Positions 1 through 14,050 of a stretch of 64,000 bases of DNA are shown in pieces; the stretch's first letter is position 1; each line of letters begins with the position of its first letter. Below the pieces are notes generated by a model. The model was given only the letters and a program-made list of their open reading frames with translations. It was not told the origin of the DNA and did no database searches. This stretch comes from the human T2T-CHM13v2.0 reference genome, Homo sapiens. Position numbers and translations under genes: made by a program. The stretch lies in NCBI RefSeq assembly GCF_009914755.1, contig NC_060935.1. The stretch is one strand, 5' to 3'.

Positions 1-3000
1 CCATCTTTTGGGCTGTGCAGGCAAAAATGCCTGGGTGTCTTTGCCCATTTGGCTTCCCTGGAGGAGCTGCAGCAGGTGGGCCCATGGGAGAGGCTGAGGG
101 AGCTAGGCCTCAGCCTGTCTCCAGGGTCCCTGCTGCAGCCCCTACACGTTTTGCTTCCTGCTCCTCCCGCTACCCCGCCACTCCCCGCCCAGGCTCTGCT
201 TCAGTGCCAGAATGAACAGGCCCCCTCTCCTAGTGGAAATTTACACCCACAGCCCAACCAGGCTGCCTGAGGGGAGGAGGGTGGGGAGGAAGGGGGAGCA
301 GCTGCGGGAACAGGAGGCTGTACTAGAGAGAAGACAGACGGACGGAGAGACGGAGCCTGGGTCTCCATCTGTAGGCAACAGCCGGGGGCCTGGCCCAAAC
401 CTCATGCCCCAAAGGCTGCGGCCAGGGTGGCCAGCCCTGAGTCCGGATGGCAGCAGCCAGGGCTGGTTGTGATGGAGAAACATGGCCGACAGGTCACAGG
501 GGACAGGCACCACCCGGGGCTGTGCCCACCAGCAGCACTCATAGGGGACAGCAGAGAACCCGGCAGGGGTGTGAGGCCCATCCTGGGGACCCCTTGGTGT
601 GGGATGGGGTAGTGCGAACCCTGGGCTGAAGGAAGGGTTCTGGCTGGTGCAAGGCCTGTCCCACCCCCTGGGATGACCTCCACTCTGCCTTCTAAACTCA
701 TCTACACTCCCTAGACCCAAGGTACCAGGGTCGGAGCTGGTCTGCACCCATCGGGCTGACACTGCCACAGGACAGCCCCTCCTTTGCTCCCAGCTTCCCC
801 ACCCAGCCCGGGTACAGCCTTGGCCCTTCCTTTCAGCTTCTGCGCCCGTGTCACCCCCCTAAGCAAGCCTGCCCTGGGCTCCCAGGCTCCAGGCCTCCCT
901 GCAGGCCAGCCTGCGTCGCACCAGCTCTCACGAAACAGGGCTTCCTGTGTGTTCATCGGCTCCCTAAGTGCTTGCTGGACCCGGGTGCCCCTGTGCCACT
1001 TTAGGCCACAGCCAGCCCCGTGTTTATAAGGCTGGGAGAAAGGGCAGCCTCTGGGACCAGCTTGGCTGGGGGCTGAACGTAGGGGACGGGACAGCCCATT
1101 GGTGGTTCCTCCCTGCAGACTGAGAGCAGGTGGGGTCCCTCTGCTCAGGCCGCAGGGACCCCTCATCCACCCTGTATGTGCACAGCTCTTGCTCGGTGAA
1201 CAGTTTCACCTACCAAGGCAGATTTAAAACCTCATGGGGAGTGACCCACATGGTGCCAGCTCATGCCAGTTCTGAGGACAGAGAGAGGCCAGACCCAGTC
1301 CCTCCCCTCAGGAAGCCCCAGCCAGCCAGGAAGGCTGGCGTGGAGGCAAGCCCAGCTCTCCAGGCCAAACAGCTGCCACGCCCATTTTACAGATGAGAGA
1401 GGGGCTGGCATCCTGAGGCCATCTGGCTGGTCACTGCCCGAGCAGGACCTACACCCAAGGGCCTGGACCCCTTGAAGATCAAGGTCAGGAGAGGGGGCTA
1501 CAGGGTCCCCAGGGTGTCTGCTCCCCCACTCTATCTGTACCCAGACCTGAGGGAGACCTTCCCACAAAGGGGTGCCTGACATGGCCCAGGAGGAGGAAGG
1601 GGACAGCCACTTGTTGAGCGCTTACTCTGTACTTGGTGCTGGGCATGTTCGCGGGTCCAGCAGGCAGCAGCACCCCTTTCCACTTTACAGTTGTGGAAAC
1701 CGAGGCACGAATTCGTGAGGTCACAGGATTTGAACTCATGTGGGTGCAACCCCAAAGCCAGTTTTCTTTCCACTGTGCCACCCCTGGGCTCCCAAGACAA
1801 CGCTGCCACTGCCACCCCACCTTGTGCTCAGCCTCCTGGGACAGCTGGCCTGCCACCATCTGTGAGCCACTGAGTAATGCGCAATGTAATCTGCGACACT
1901 GGGCTGCGCTAGGAACAATTGCGAACCCATTACAGGCCTATTTTCCTAATCCATGACACCTTACTGCAGCCCCCAGCGACTGTGTTTCTGGGATAGACGG
2001 TGGAATGCTGTCCACCCACGAAATGACTAATCCTCTCTTTCTGGGGCTGGTAGAGAGGTGGGCATCTGAGCAGGGTAACCTGCTCCTGCCCCGAGGGTGC
2101 TCTCGGATGAGCAGTTGGGGACTACTGTCGGCTCTGCTGTGCTCCTTGGTGCCCATCTCAGCCCCCATCCGAAGGCTGACGCTTAGAGGAGGCAGCCCAG
2201 GCAGGGCTTAGTCTGGACAGTCACCTGCAGGTGAGGAGGGCTTGGGGGGGGGTCCTCCCCTGTATGCCAGGCCTGACGAGGGGGCACCTGTAGCTGCCAC
2301 CTGGGTGGGCGAAGAGCAGGTCAGGCCTTTTCCCAGGCAGCTGCCTCATGCCTTTTGGAAGGGGCAGCAGATGCCCAGGCCTGGGAGATGCCACGAGGAC
2401 ACTGAAGAGGGGGTGGTGGAGGAGCCGGCAGCTGCCGGGTGCAGCGGGCACGGCCCTGTAATTGGGCAGCCTGTTCCCAGATAAGGCCCATGACACTGAA
2501 CAGCTTCCCGCTCCACGCCGGCTGCAACCGCTCATTTCCTGCTCCCTGGCCAGCGATGCCAATTACCTCGCCTCCTGCTTGCCAGCGGCAGCTTCTAGGG
2601 TGGCCAGACGATTCCTCTGTCATCGGCCAGGGCCTGGATCCTCTCTGACGGGTGGGAGGGCGTGAAGAGGGCAGCCGGCAAGGGGGGGTAGGACCAGTGA
2701 TAGGGGAGCTTCCATCTTCACTCTGGCCTGGGCCACACCCAGGCACAGCTGGAGGTGGGGGTGAGTGACACATGGACCCAGGCTACCGTGGGAGGGCTCC
2801 ATTTCCCCCTCTGCCCCTACCTTCAAAACAGGGGCTCACTGTCTACTGGATGGGCTGAGGAGTGCCTGATGCTCTTTGGATGGAGTGAGGATGGGCACCC
2901 AATTTGCACTGGGGGAAACTGAGGCTCACATGGAAATTTGACCAGTGCTGAAAGGACGGAACAGCCCCTGGTCCTTCTCTTCCTCTTCTGTGTTTCCCCC

Positions 3001-3659
3001 AGAGGACAGACTTGGGGAGCAGTAGGAGGGGCAGCCTGTCTAAAGGGGGCAAAGGCTGGCTCCAGATTCCTCTTGCCGAGCGGGGAAAGGGGAGAAGCAG
3101 GTGAGAGGTGCCGCCCTGTGAAGAGGGTCTTGCGGGTCCTGGCTCCACTGAAGGTGGATGCGTGTAGCCACCGACATGGGAGGCGTTGCGGGCTTATCCC
3201 AAGAGGCTCGCAGCCCAGCAGGCTGCCCTGCTCCCTGTAGTGGGGGTGGGAAGAGATGTCCCCCCAGGGTTGGAGGCTGGACAGGGAAGCGTGGGCCCAC
3301 CTGTTCTGAGAGGGCATCCCATGCCCTTCCACAGGCTGACCCTGGGTACCCAGGCCCCCCAGGCCATCCCTGCCTGCAGGGTACTTCCACCCTCATCTGG
3401 GGAACAGGCATCTCAGAGGCTGGAAGGTGTGTGTGCCTCCGCAGGGGTCTCGGGGTACCTGGACTCTTGGATGGATGGTGGGCCAGAAAAGTCCAGCCCT
3501 GCAGTGGTGCAGATGGGGAAACTGAGGCCTAGGCACAGAGAGGGGCAGGTCACTCAGCTACTCCCAGCTGAGGCAAACGCAGGCCTTCCCCTCTGAGTCC
3601 GGGTCTATTCCCTCTCCTGAGTTTCTCAGTTAATCATTTTGGGTCTTCCAAGGGTCCTG

Positions 3660-3870
3660 ACCCCGAGAGGCCCGCCCCTAGGCGCTGATTGGTTGCTACT
3701 GATCCAATAGGGTCCAGCCCTTGAAGGCCGAGGAGGCGAGGCGAGGCTGGCAACCGCGACCTCCTGAGCAGCTGGGGCGCTTGGGGGATGTTGGGGGGCC
3801 GGGGCACCCTGTGGTACTGAGGGCCGGGAAGGGCGGTGCGGGACGTCCAGGGGCCCCCCTCCCACACGGC
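3660..3870. promoter_or_regulatory. CpG-enriched element with paired CCAAT boxes
   Basis: CTGATTGG (3685-3692) and CCAAT (3704-3708) in opposite orientation within a GC-rich, CpG-retaining context. Confidence 0.4.
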
Positions 3871-4649
3871 AGGGGGGAATGGCGAACAACTCCCTAAGGG
3901 GCAACTAACAGACCAATTAAGCTGCCAATAAAAAATTTAATCAAGTAATAATGCACCTTACTTTGTTTAATTAGTGTTCTGTCAAGTGAATGAATATTTA
4001 AGGCGCGGACGGCGGTGCCAGCATCTGCCCAGCGGGCAGAGAGGCCAGGCCCACATTTCAAGCGGCCTGACAGCTCCCCACGCGGGCGCCCAGGAGGCCC
4101 CAGAGCTCCGGGAGCGGCGGGAGGTCTTCCTCCGCCTGCAGGCCGATCTGGGCCTCAGTTTCCTCATCTGTAAAATCGGGGGCAGGAGTCCAGCAGAACA
4201 CCAGCCTTTCTGCCAGACCCAGAAGGCCTCGGATTGGTTGTGTTTCCGGATCCCTAGAGTCCCAGGCAGGTGCGGGAGGCATGTGGGACCTGGGGCCCCT
4301 GTCGGGGCTGCCCGCGACTCCAGGCCCTCACAGATGCCTGGCGGCTCCGAGGTCGGAGCTGTGTGTGCTGTGAGGGGTACCCAGAGCAGGCCCCAGCCTG
4401 GAGATACGCTGGGCAGTGGCCTCCCATGCGCGCACAGCCTGAGGATTAGAACTGGTGAAACTGGGTTCTCCTCCGGACGCCGTGACCTGGGGCAAGGTCT
4501 GTCTGCGCTTCTCTTTAGTTCATTCGTTCATTCATTCATTCATTCATTCATCAACTTCGAGGCTGAGCTCTGTGCCGAGCCCACTGTATTTTCACCGGAA
4601 AATGCGAGACTTTCATTTCTACCTCTCGAATGCCCAGTCTTTGAGTCCT

Positions 4650-4940
4650 GCAGCCCCCGGGTCGCCCGGGTCCCGGAGCCGGCGGGTGTGAACGGGGCCA
4701 AAGCCCTCCAGGCCGGGCGTGTCAGCCCCGCCCCCGAGGCTCTTTGCATATTCATGACCTTGGCGGGCATGCGCACCGCGGCGGCGGCGGCGGCGGGGCT
4801 CCCGGGCCGCCAGGCGACCGGGCGGGCCGGCGTCGACCTTCCCCGACCCAGGCATCCTCAACCGCGGCCTCCTCCTCCCTTGTCTTGATGGAAAGGGCTT
4901 GGCGTCCCCCCCACTCCCAACCACCTGAGAGCCTCGCGCT
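4650..4940. promoter_or_regulatory. Small CpG island / promoter-like element
   Basis: CpG-dense; GC box CCCCGCCCCC 4726-4735, POU-type TTTGCATATTCATGA 4743-4757, NRF1-like GCATGCGCA 4767-4775, (GCG)6 4778-4795. Confidence 0.65.
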
Positions 4941-5539
4941 GGAAGGACTTTGGTAATTATTTGTTTCAGTTGAGCTGTTTTCAGTCTAGGCTAGGCTGAG
5001 TCTTGTAATGAGTATGGATTTGCCAGTAAATAAGTCCCCCGCTTCTAACCCCTGTAATAAATGCATTTGGAGTAATCTGGCGATCACGCGGTGTAATTGC
5101 TGGCTGTCAGGGCAGATGGATGCTCCGCGCGCCGACTTTGCAGCCGTCTGCCCTTCCTTCACGCTGAGCCTCCGCCCCCAGCCCGCAGCCTGGAGGTGAG
5201 GGCCCTCTGCTAGGCAAGAGGAATGGGCTTGGCCCGCCCAGACCCCAGGCCGGCCTCCCAGGACCTTGGGGTGCCTCCTGCGCCCAACAGCTTCGTGGGC
5301 TTTCCAAGTCCCCTGCCTCTGACCCCGCAGTCCCCAGGCAGCTCCTCCCCGGCTCTGCACTGTGATCACCGGTCTTGTTCACCATTCAGGGTTCTGAGCA
5401 CCACCCCCCATTTGCTGCATTGGGTTATCTGTGGATGGGGTCCGAATCTGCATGCCTCTCTGGCTCCAAGTTAGGCAGCTAGGGCACTTTTGATATGATA
5501 CTATCAAGGTCCAATTTTAATTTTTAGAGGAGTAAATGA

Positions 5540-6043
<504 letters not shown>

Positions 6044-7059
6044 TGAGGGTTCCACCTCCCCTTTGCTTCTTGGAGTACTCCCTGTGCCTTGCATAGTACT
6101 TGGCACACAGTAGGTGCTCAGTAAATGCATCTATCAGTGAGTGAGTGATGAGCCCTGGGTGTCTCCCAGAGGGAGTCCTGCGTCTGTGGCTGGCTCAGAC
6201 ATATGCAGAGGCCCTCCCACACCTGGAGGTCTTATGTCTGCCTAGCCCTCTGCCCACACCCTGGAACCAACTGGGCATAGGCGGAAGGCTCGCCTCACAC
6301 AGGGCTGCAGGAAGCATCACAGATTTCAGCCAATCTGGCGCAGCCTCCTCCTGCACTCTGGCACCCAAACAGAGGTGACTGTGAGACTCTTGTACAAGCT
6401 CGGTCTCTGTTTCCTGAACACCACCATGTACAGGCACTGTCCTGGGCGCTGGGGATGGAGCAGCAAAGGCACGTGGCCCTGCCTCAGTCTCCAGCTCTGC
6501 AGCAAGGTTTCTCAGGGAAGCCAGAGTGCTGAAGGCTTCCAGTGTGCCCGTCCTGCCCCGCGCAGCCTGACCCAGGCTGAGGCCCCAGATGCCCACCCCA
6601 AAACCAGGCCGGGCAGGTCTGGGGTGCCTGGCTTTATCAGGTGCCTGCCCACACAGCTCACACAGCAGGGGCAGAACTCAGCAGGGGCACCTCCACCCCG
6701 GCCCCGCCTCCTAGGCCAGTCCTTCCCAGCCCTGCACTCAGTGTGACCCTTCATTCCCCACAAACACCTGAGCCACCTCCGTGCTCCAGCATGGCCTGGG
6801 GCTGGGACAACACAGCTGCAAGGGGACAGGGCTCCCGGCCCATCTTCCGAGCTGTGAGGGATTCAGTGAGATATAACTTGAGCAAAAGCACCATGCCTGG
6901 TGACAGTCGTTCTAGTTTAGTCTCCATATGAGTGGAAACTTCAGAGAACAACGCGGGCAGCAGAGAGGCCACCCTATGGTGATCAAAGGCACAGATGCAG
7001 GAGCTGGGTGTGTTAAGGCTCTGTGCGCCCTGCTTAGGGTACACAGAGAGGTCGCTTAC

Positions 7060-7170
7060 CCTCTCTGTGCCTCAGTTTCCTCATCTGAACAATGGAGAGC
7101 AATATTAGCGCCCTCTTCCTAGGGATAATATTGGCCAAATGAGTTAACAGTTGTAAAACACCTAGAGGAT
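7060..7170 (+). mobile_element. MIR
   Basis: ctctctgtgcctcagtttcctcatctgaacaatgg MIR core. Confidence 0.7.
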
Positions 7171-8685
7171 TGCTGGGTGCAGGGAGGTGCCACACACGTG
7201 TCAACTGAAAATCCAGCAGAGACCCATGCCAGATGTCAGGGAAGCCCAAGGAGCGATGGAGGGAGAGGAGGAGGACTTCCAGGGGTGGCGAATTGTGCTT
7301 TTCTTGAAGGATGAACAGTTCATCAAGGGGTGGGGAAAGGCATCCTGGCAAAGTCCCAGGTGCCCCCCAAAAGTCTCCGTTACTGCCCAGCAGCCAGCAA
7401 CCTTCAATGCGGCCTCTTCCCCGGCGTCTCTTCCTGGTGAAGCTCACGTAGGAATGAAACCACCTCTGGAGGAGTGGGGTTTGTGTGACGTGGGAGTGTG
7501 TGCTGGATGGGCAGAAGCCTGGGGGTGTCAAGGGACACACCTCAGCGGGTGCTGAAACCTACTCCCCCCTCCATGGGCAGCCACGCGGTCCTCGCCCGGC
7601 TGTCAGCCAGCAATCATGCCTAATAAAGGCCCCAAATGAGACAGCCGAACAGGAGCACCTTCACTCTAACAATGCAATTAGCACAGACAATGCCTCCCGC
7701 TTTCTCCCCAGCCCCAGAGAGGGTGGTGGAGGGGGACCAGCCGGGCCCTCCCCAGTGAGCTGCGGAGAGGTTTGAAAGGAACCAGTGATAGACTAAGAGG
7801 TGACAATGAATCGCATCCGAGTGACGGCTCCTCTTGTCAGGCAGCCGCAGGGAGAGAGCGCATCTTCACTGGATCTTTGTAGGTTAGCCAGCTTTGAACA
7901 GCGACACCCACACAAACCCGAGGTCTCTCTCTCTGCGCCCCCTATCTCTCCAAGCCCCTCGGTCTCTCCCACTCTCCCTTTCAGCATCTTCTCTCTCTTG
8001 TCTTCTGAGGACAGATGCAGGCTGGGTTTACATGAATAAAACATCAGTGTAGGGGAAAAAAATCCCAAACTGCACAGCCTAGGGTTGGGGACAAAAAGCA
8101 ACCAAGCCACACCGTAGTCTCCACGTGCAGCCCTGTTCAGGCGGCGGGTAGGGGGGTGATGTCTCATCAGAAGAGGGGCCTGCCTGTCCAGGTAGATCCT
8201 ATGGGGCCACAGGCATTGGATGGAGGATGGAGGAGGCTCAGGGCCAGTGCCGGGACTCCAGCTCCTCTGGGCACTGGGCAGGCAATCTCTGTTTTCTCTT
8301 GGCCAAAGAACCGGAGGCCTCAGGCCTGCCCCGGATGGGCACGCAGGCAGGGTGCATATGTACGTATGTGCCTGGCATGGTCCTTGCCTGAGTCCTGCCT
8401 GCTGGCTGACACGGAGCTGGCTTTCTTCCCTGGCCCTGTTAAAACCCAGAATGTATCCTGACAGCATTGGAACAGGATGCAGAGTAGGGGCCTCTGGCAG
8501 GACATTAAACGGCACCGAGATAGAAGGAGGGGGGCCCTCCCTGAGTTCTCCTCTCCCCTCCCTGCCAGCCCCCCAGCAGGCAGCCAGGCCTGGACCCACC
8601 ATCCAGCAAAGGCTGACAGAACAGAGGCTGCCAACTAAAACCTGGGCACCCGGTGGCCAAGAGGCTAGAGTTTCACAAGGACCTC

Positions 8686-9225
8686 ATTCATTCATTCATT
8701 CATTCATTCATTTGATGAGTGCTTCCAGAGCCCACCTATGACGTGCCAGGCAAGGCGGCAGGCAGGAGGGCCACCATGGTGACTGAGACAGACTCAGGGT
8801 CTTTCCCTACACTCCAGAGCACAGGCTAGTTGGAACAAGCCAGAGGCGGGCAATGCTGGTGCTAGGGACATGAGCAGGGGTGAAGAAGCCCAGCAGGGCC
8901 CAGCACAGGCACCTGAGCCAGACTCGGCGGCCTCGGAGAGACTTCCCAGAGGAGAACGGGCTACACGTGGGCCTGGAGGTGAGGTAGAAGTGGCCCAGGG
9001 AACGGGTGCAGGACAGAGTTTCAGGAAGCAGGCCTGGGGTCAGAGAGGCCCAGAGATGAAGAGCGGGTAGAGTGTTGAGCGATCGGAGCAGTGAGGCGGT
9101 GGGTGGGCAGGATCGGGCAGGTGGCGGGCAAGCGTCAGCTGCCTCAACATGCAGGAGGCCAGGCTTTGTTCTGAGGGCGGCTGGGGCCTTGGAGGGTTTT
9201 AAGCCAGGTCCTCACAGATTTGCCA
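8686..9225 (-). mobile_element. L2 fragment with (CATT)n tail
   Basis: (CATT)n followed by ..cctatgacgtgccaggc.. and ..ggagggttttaagccagg..cagatttg, typical of antisense L2 3' region. Confidence 0.65.
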
Positions 9226-9343
9226 TGTACGAAGAGTTCACCCACTACCTCCGCTCCAAAACAGAACATTTACTGAGGCTCCAGAGAGCCTGGCAGGGTG
9301 TGTGCTTGTCCTGAGCTACAGAGGACTTAAAAGATGAACAAGG

Positions 9344-9750
<407 letters not shown>

Positions 9751-9848
9751 CTAATCCTGCCTCAGGAAGGCTTTCCAGGGGAGGTGACCTTTGGATGAGT
9801 CTTGATAGACAAAAAGAAGCTTGCCAAGTGGCTATAAAGATGAATTTA

Positions 9849-10161
<313 letters not shown>

Positions 10162-10164
10162 TTA

Positions 10165-10495
<331 letters not shown>

Positions 10496-13400
10496 AATGT
10501 AAATAATCACGCTCCTTCTGAGATGTCTGCCTGCAAGGTGGGAATACGATGAGAGCCCCCAGGCATGAGGCTTCCTTCCTACCTTCCAGGCCCTTCTGAG
10601 TACTTAGATCAACTTAATCCTAACAACTATCCTACGAGAACTCCATTAGACAGAGAGGCAACTTGAGGCTCAGACTGTGAAGCAGATGGCCAAGGTCAGG
10701 CTGCTGGAAGCTGAAGAGCCAGGATTCAGGCTCAGGCTATAGCTCCGGAGCCCACGCCCCAGCCCAGGTGCTGCCCGCCCCAGTGCGCTACGGAGGGTCA
10801 CACAGAGCCCAGCTGGCATCCCAAGCCTCTGCCCTCACGCTAGGCAGTCCCTGGGGAGATTGGATGAGGGGCTCAGGGACCCCCCATGCCCAATGTCCTG
10901 GCTCATTTGGGTAAACTAAGGCCTGGCAGAATGGAAGCCATTCTCATTACACCACAGGCCAGGGCCAAGTAGGCAGGGCTGGTGGGGGTGGGAGGCCGGC
11001 CATACCCACCTGTAGGCACATGCGGCTCCAAGGAGATGGCAGATGGGAGGGGTGGGGAGAGGCCTTGCATGGCACCCACTCCCACCTGTGCGGCACGAGA
11101 GGGAGGGAAGGAGCATCATTAACACGACATGGCCTCCTCCCCACTGCTCAGCCTCTCCCGGAGGATGGTGAGGGGGGAATCCATTATCGGGCAAAATAGC
11201 AGCTGCTGACGTGAAAATGAAATATAGATTCAATACCTGAGCCTTTCAGCTCACAAATCATGCCCCCGGCCCAGGTGACAGCCAGCACAGACGCCCAGCT
11301 CAGATAACAGAAGGGAGGAGATAGGTCGGGGACGGGGACAGACGGCACCTCCCCAACTCCCCAGCCCCTCCCCCTGGGGCTCAGGGACCCAAAGCAGGGA
11401 CCAGGACCCAGGCTTGTCTCCCTCCTGTCCCTAGGTGGGTGACGCACCAACATGCCCGTGGCCTCCGGTGCACACACAGGGTCCCCAAGCAGGCAGCTGG
11501 AGGGCTGGGGTGCCTGGAGCTGCCCTGCCTGCAGTGATTGCGGACACGCCCCTCGCGAGGCACCGCAGGCTGCCACCCCCAGCTTGTGAACTGGGGGTGG
11601 CCCCAGAGCTGTTTGTTTTCCCTGACTGAGGGGCGGCTGTGCCACCCCCACACTCCTGAAATGGGTGATGAGGGGGTTGGGGGAGGAGCTGAGCGGCCCA
11701 CTTCCTGCTGCTGTCCATTTAGCCAGCGGTTCGCTCGGCTTTTAGGAGGGGGCTGGCGGTGAACCCATCCCCGTTACAATGCACTCAGGGACCCTGACAA
11801 CTAATTTAATTTAAAACAGCCTTGCAATAAAAGCTCAGAACGGAAAACCGCCGGTCTTGGGGGTTATTTAACAAATTGCCTCACAGATAAATACATTAAA
11901 ATGATTCTCAAACCGGAGCCGGGCGAAGTTGAAGTAAAATTAAGAAAGTTGAATCAAAATGTAAATTAATGGCATTAAGATATGGCGTTCAAATTGGCAG
12001 GACTCACGCTTCGGGAGTGTTGGCAACGGTTCTGCCTTCTGTTCAGGTGATGTGGCACCTCCACGCGGTGTCAGAAACCCCTTCAGTCCCAGGCATTGGG
12101 GAGCTGGTGGCAAGGCCACCCCAACCCCACCCAGCACCCGCCTGTCCCACTCTTCCGCCTTTGGGGACAGTGATGCCTACCAGGCCCTGGCAGGCTCAGG
12201 CCCAGCTGCCCGCATGCCCTAGTAGCTGTAAAATGGAGGTATCTACTGCATTGACCTCACCAGCTGCTAGCAAGGAATAAAAGAGTCTGGGCACGGTAAG
12301 GGCTGGCACAGATTGGAGCCCTCCACAAACATGAGGTCCTAGGATAACGATGGTTGTCTCCCTTGCACATATTTACTGCCGATTACTCTTACAGAGCCCC
12401 GCATTCCCATTTGATTGGCAGATAAACTGAAGCCAGGGAAGCCCAGGCAGAATAGATAGGGTTCCATGTGCAGAGGGGCTTTTGTCTCTACCCCCTCCAG
12501 CCTGCACCAAGGGTCCTGATCTCACGTGTCTGTCTCTCCCAGCTGAGGGCAGAGAAGCTGCAGCTGGGACAGCTGCTAGCCTGGGAGCCCAGATAATGGG
12601 CTCAGAACCTGGGAGCACCCCCATGGGCATGCTCCCCCATCCTTTGTGGGCCTGTGTCACTGAGCAGCCCTCCCAGCCTGGTTGAGTGAGCCTCGGCCTT
12701 CCCCGGAGGTTCACAGAAGTGTGGGGACTTGGCGGGAAATGGGCATCCGTGTGAACCCCCACCCCAGAGTGGCCCAGGTGCCAACAGACAGCACTGGGAA
12801 CATTATCTAGAGCTGCCTATCCTGATAGTGCCACTCACTAATCAGCTTGGGACAGAAAAGAAGAGGGATTCCTCCGGGGGCAGTGGCAGGTGGGGGTGGG
12901 GCAGGATGGGGGCAGGAGAAGGAGCCCTGGAGAACCAGTTAGGGGTGTGAGGGTGACGGTGTCCAGCACTTCTCCCAACCTTCGATTGCAGGGGTCGAGG
13001 GAGAGGTGCGGGGAGCAGAGCAGGAGGGCCACTGCGCGCGGCCGGGGGCCCGAGGTGGGCGCCTTCACCTGGATCCGCAGTTCTACCTGACACCGGAGAC
13101 AGCTCTGAACCGCAGGGGAAGGTGCTGCCAGGCCTGGATGAGGCACGGCTGTCAGCCGAAGAGCCTGGGGGGCACAGGAGGCTGCCAGAGGATGGGGGTC
13201 TCTCTCTGGCCCAAAGCCCCAGGAGCCAGACCTTCTCCCTGCCATCTGGCTCAGGGACCCTGGGGGTCTTGGAGCCCACTCCCCAAGGACAAGCTGCTGG
13301 CCAGTCTGGTCCCCTTTAGCCTCTGGCTCTGGGGTAGGGGAAGGGCAAGCACAGCCACAGGAAGCCTTTGTGGGGAGGGAGGGGCTCTCCCTGCCCGTGT

Positions 13401-13879
13401 GGTGCCCCTAGCTGTGGGGCCAGGTGTGGAGGGGGCCAGGGCTGCTGATGCCTCCTGCAGTGGCCTGACCCCATCCTGGGCATGGGGAGGCAGCCCCTCC
13501 ATGGCTTCCCTGCAGGGGCACAGGCAGAGCAGGCGGTGGTGGGGCTGGTGACACCCCCGGGCCCGGCCCCGGCAGCTGTGTCACCTAAATGCTTCGCCAG
13601 GAAACCTCCGCACGCTGCCGGCCACTGCAGACGCAGCAGACGCAACAGGCTTCTTATCGACAGTCATTAAGTCTTTAGCAAATGGTTCAGAGAGAAAAAA
13701 TAGCCACGATGAGGATTTATCTTGGGCGCCCCTCCCAGACCTCAACTGAGAAGGCACATGTCACCCTGAGCCCGACTCGCGCCCAGTGGGATCAATGTCC
13801 CTCTGCAGGGGGCAGAGCAGGGGGCCAGGAAGCTGGGGGACAGGCGGGGATGGTGAGAGGTGTCCGCCAGACCAGGCTC

Positions 13880-14050
13880 TGTGCTAAGCACTCCCTGCAG
13901 CCTCTTAATCCTCAGGGCAGCATGAGAGATGGATGCTGTTATCACTATTATACCCCTTACATAGATGTGGAAACTGAGGCCCGGAGAGACCAGGTCGTGT
14001 GCTCAGGGTCACACAGCTGGTTGGGCGACAGAGATGTGAGGTGAATCCCT
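13880..14050 (-). mobile_element. MIR
   Basis: ctttacatagatgtggaaactgaggcccggagag..cagggtcacacagctgg. Confidence 0.7.

Noticed and set aside
3974-4888. 304-aa + strand ORF
   Set aside because: Non-ATG start; crosses a MIR-like fragment, a CATT repeat and the CpG island; no recognisable protein features.
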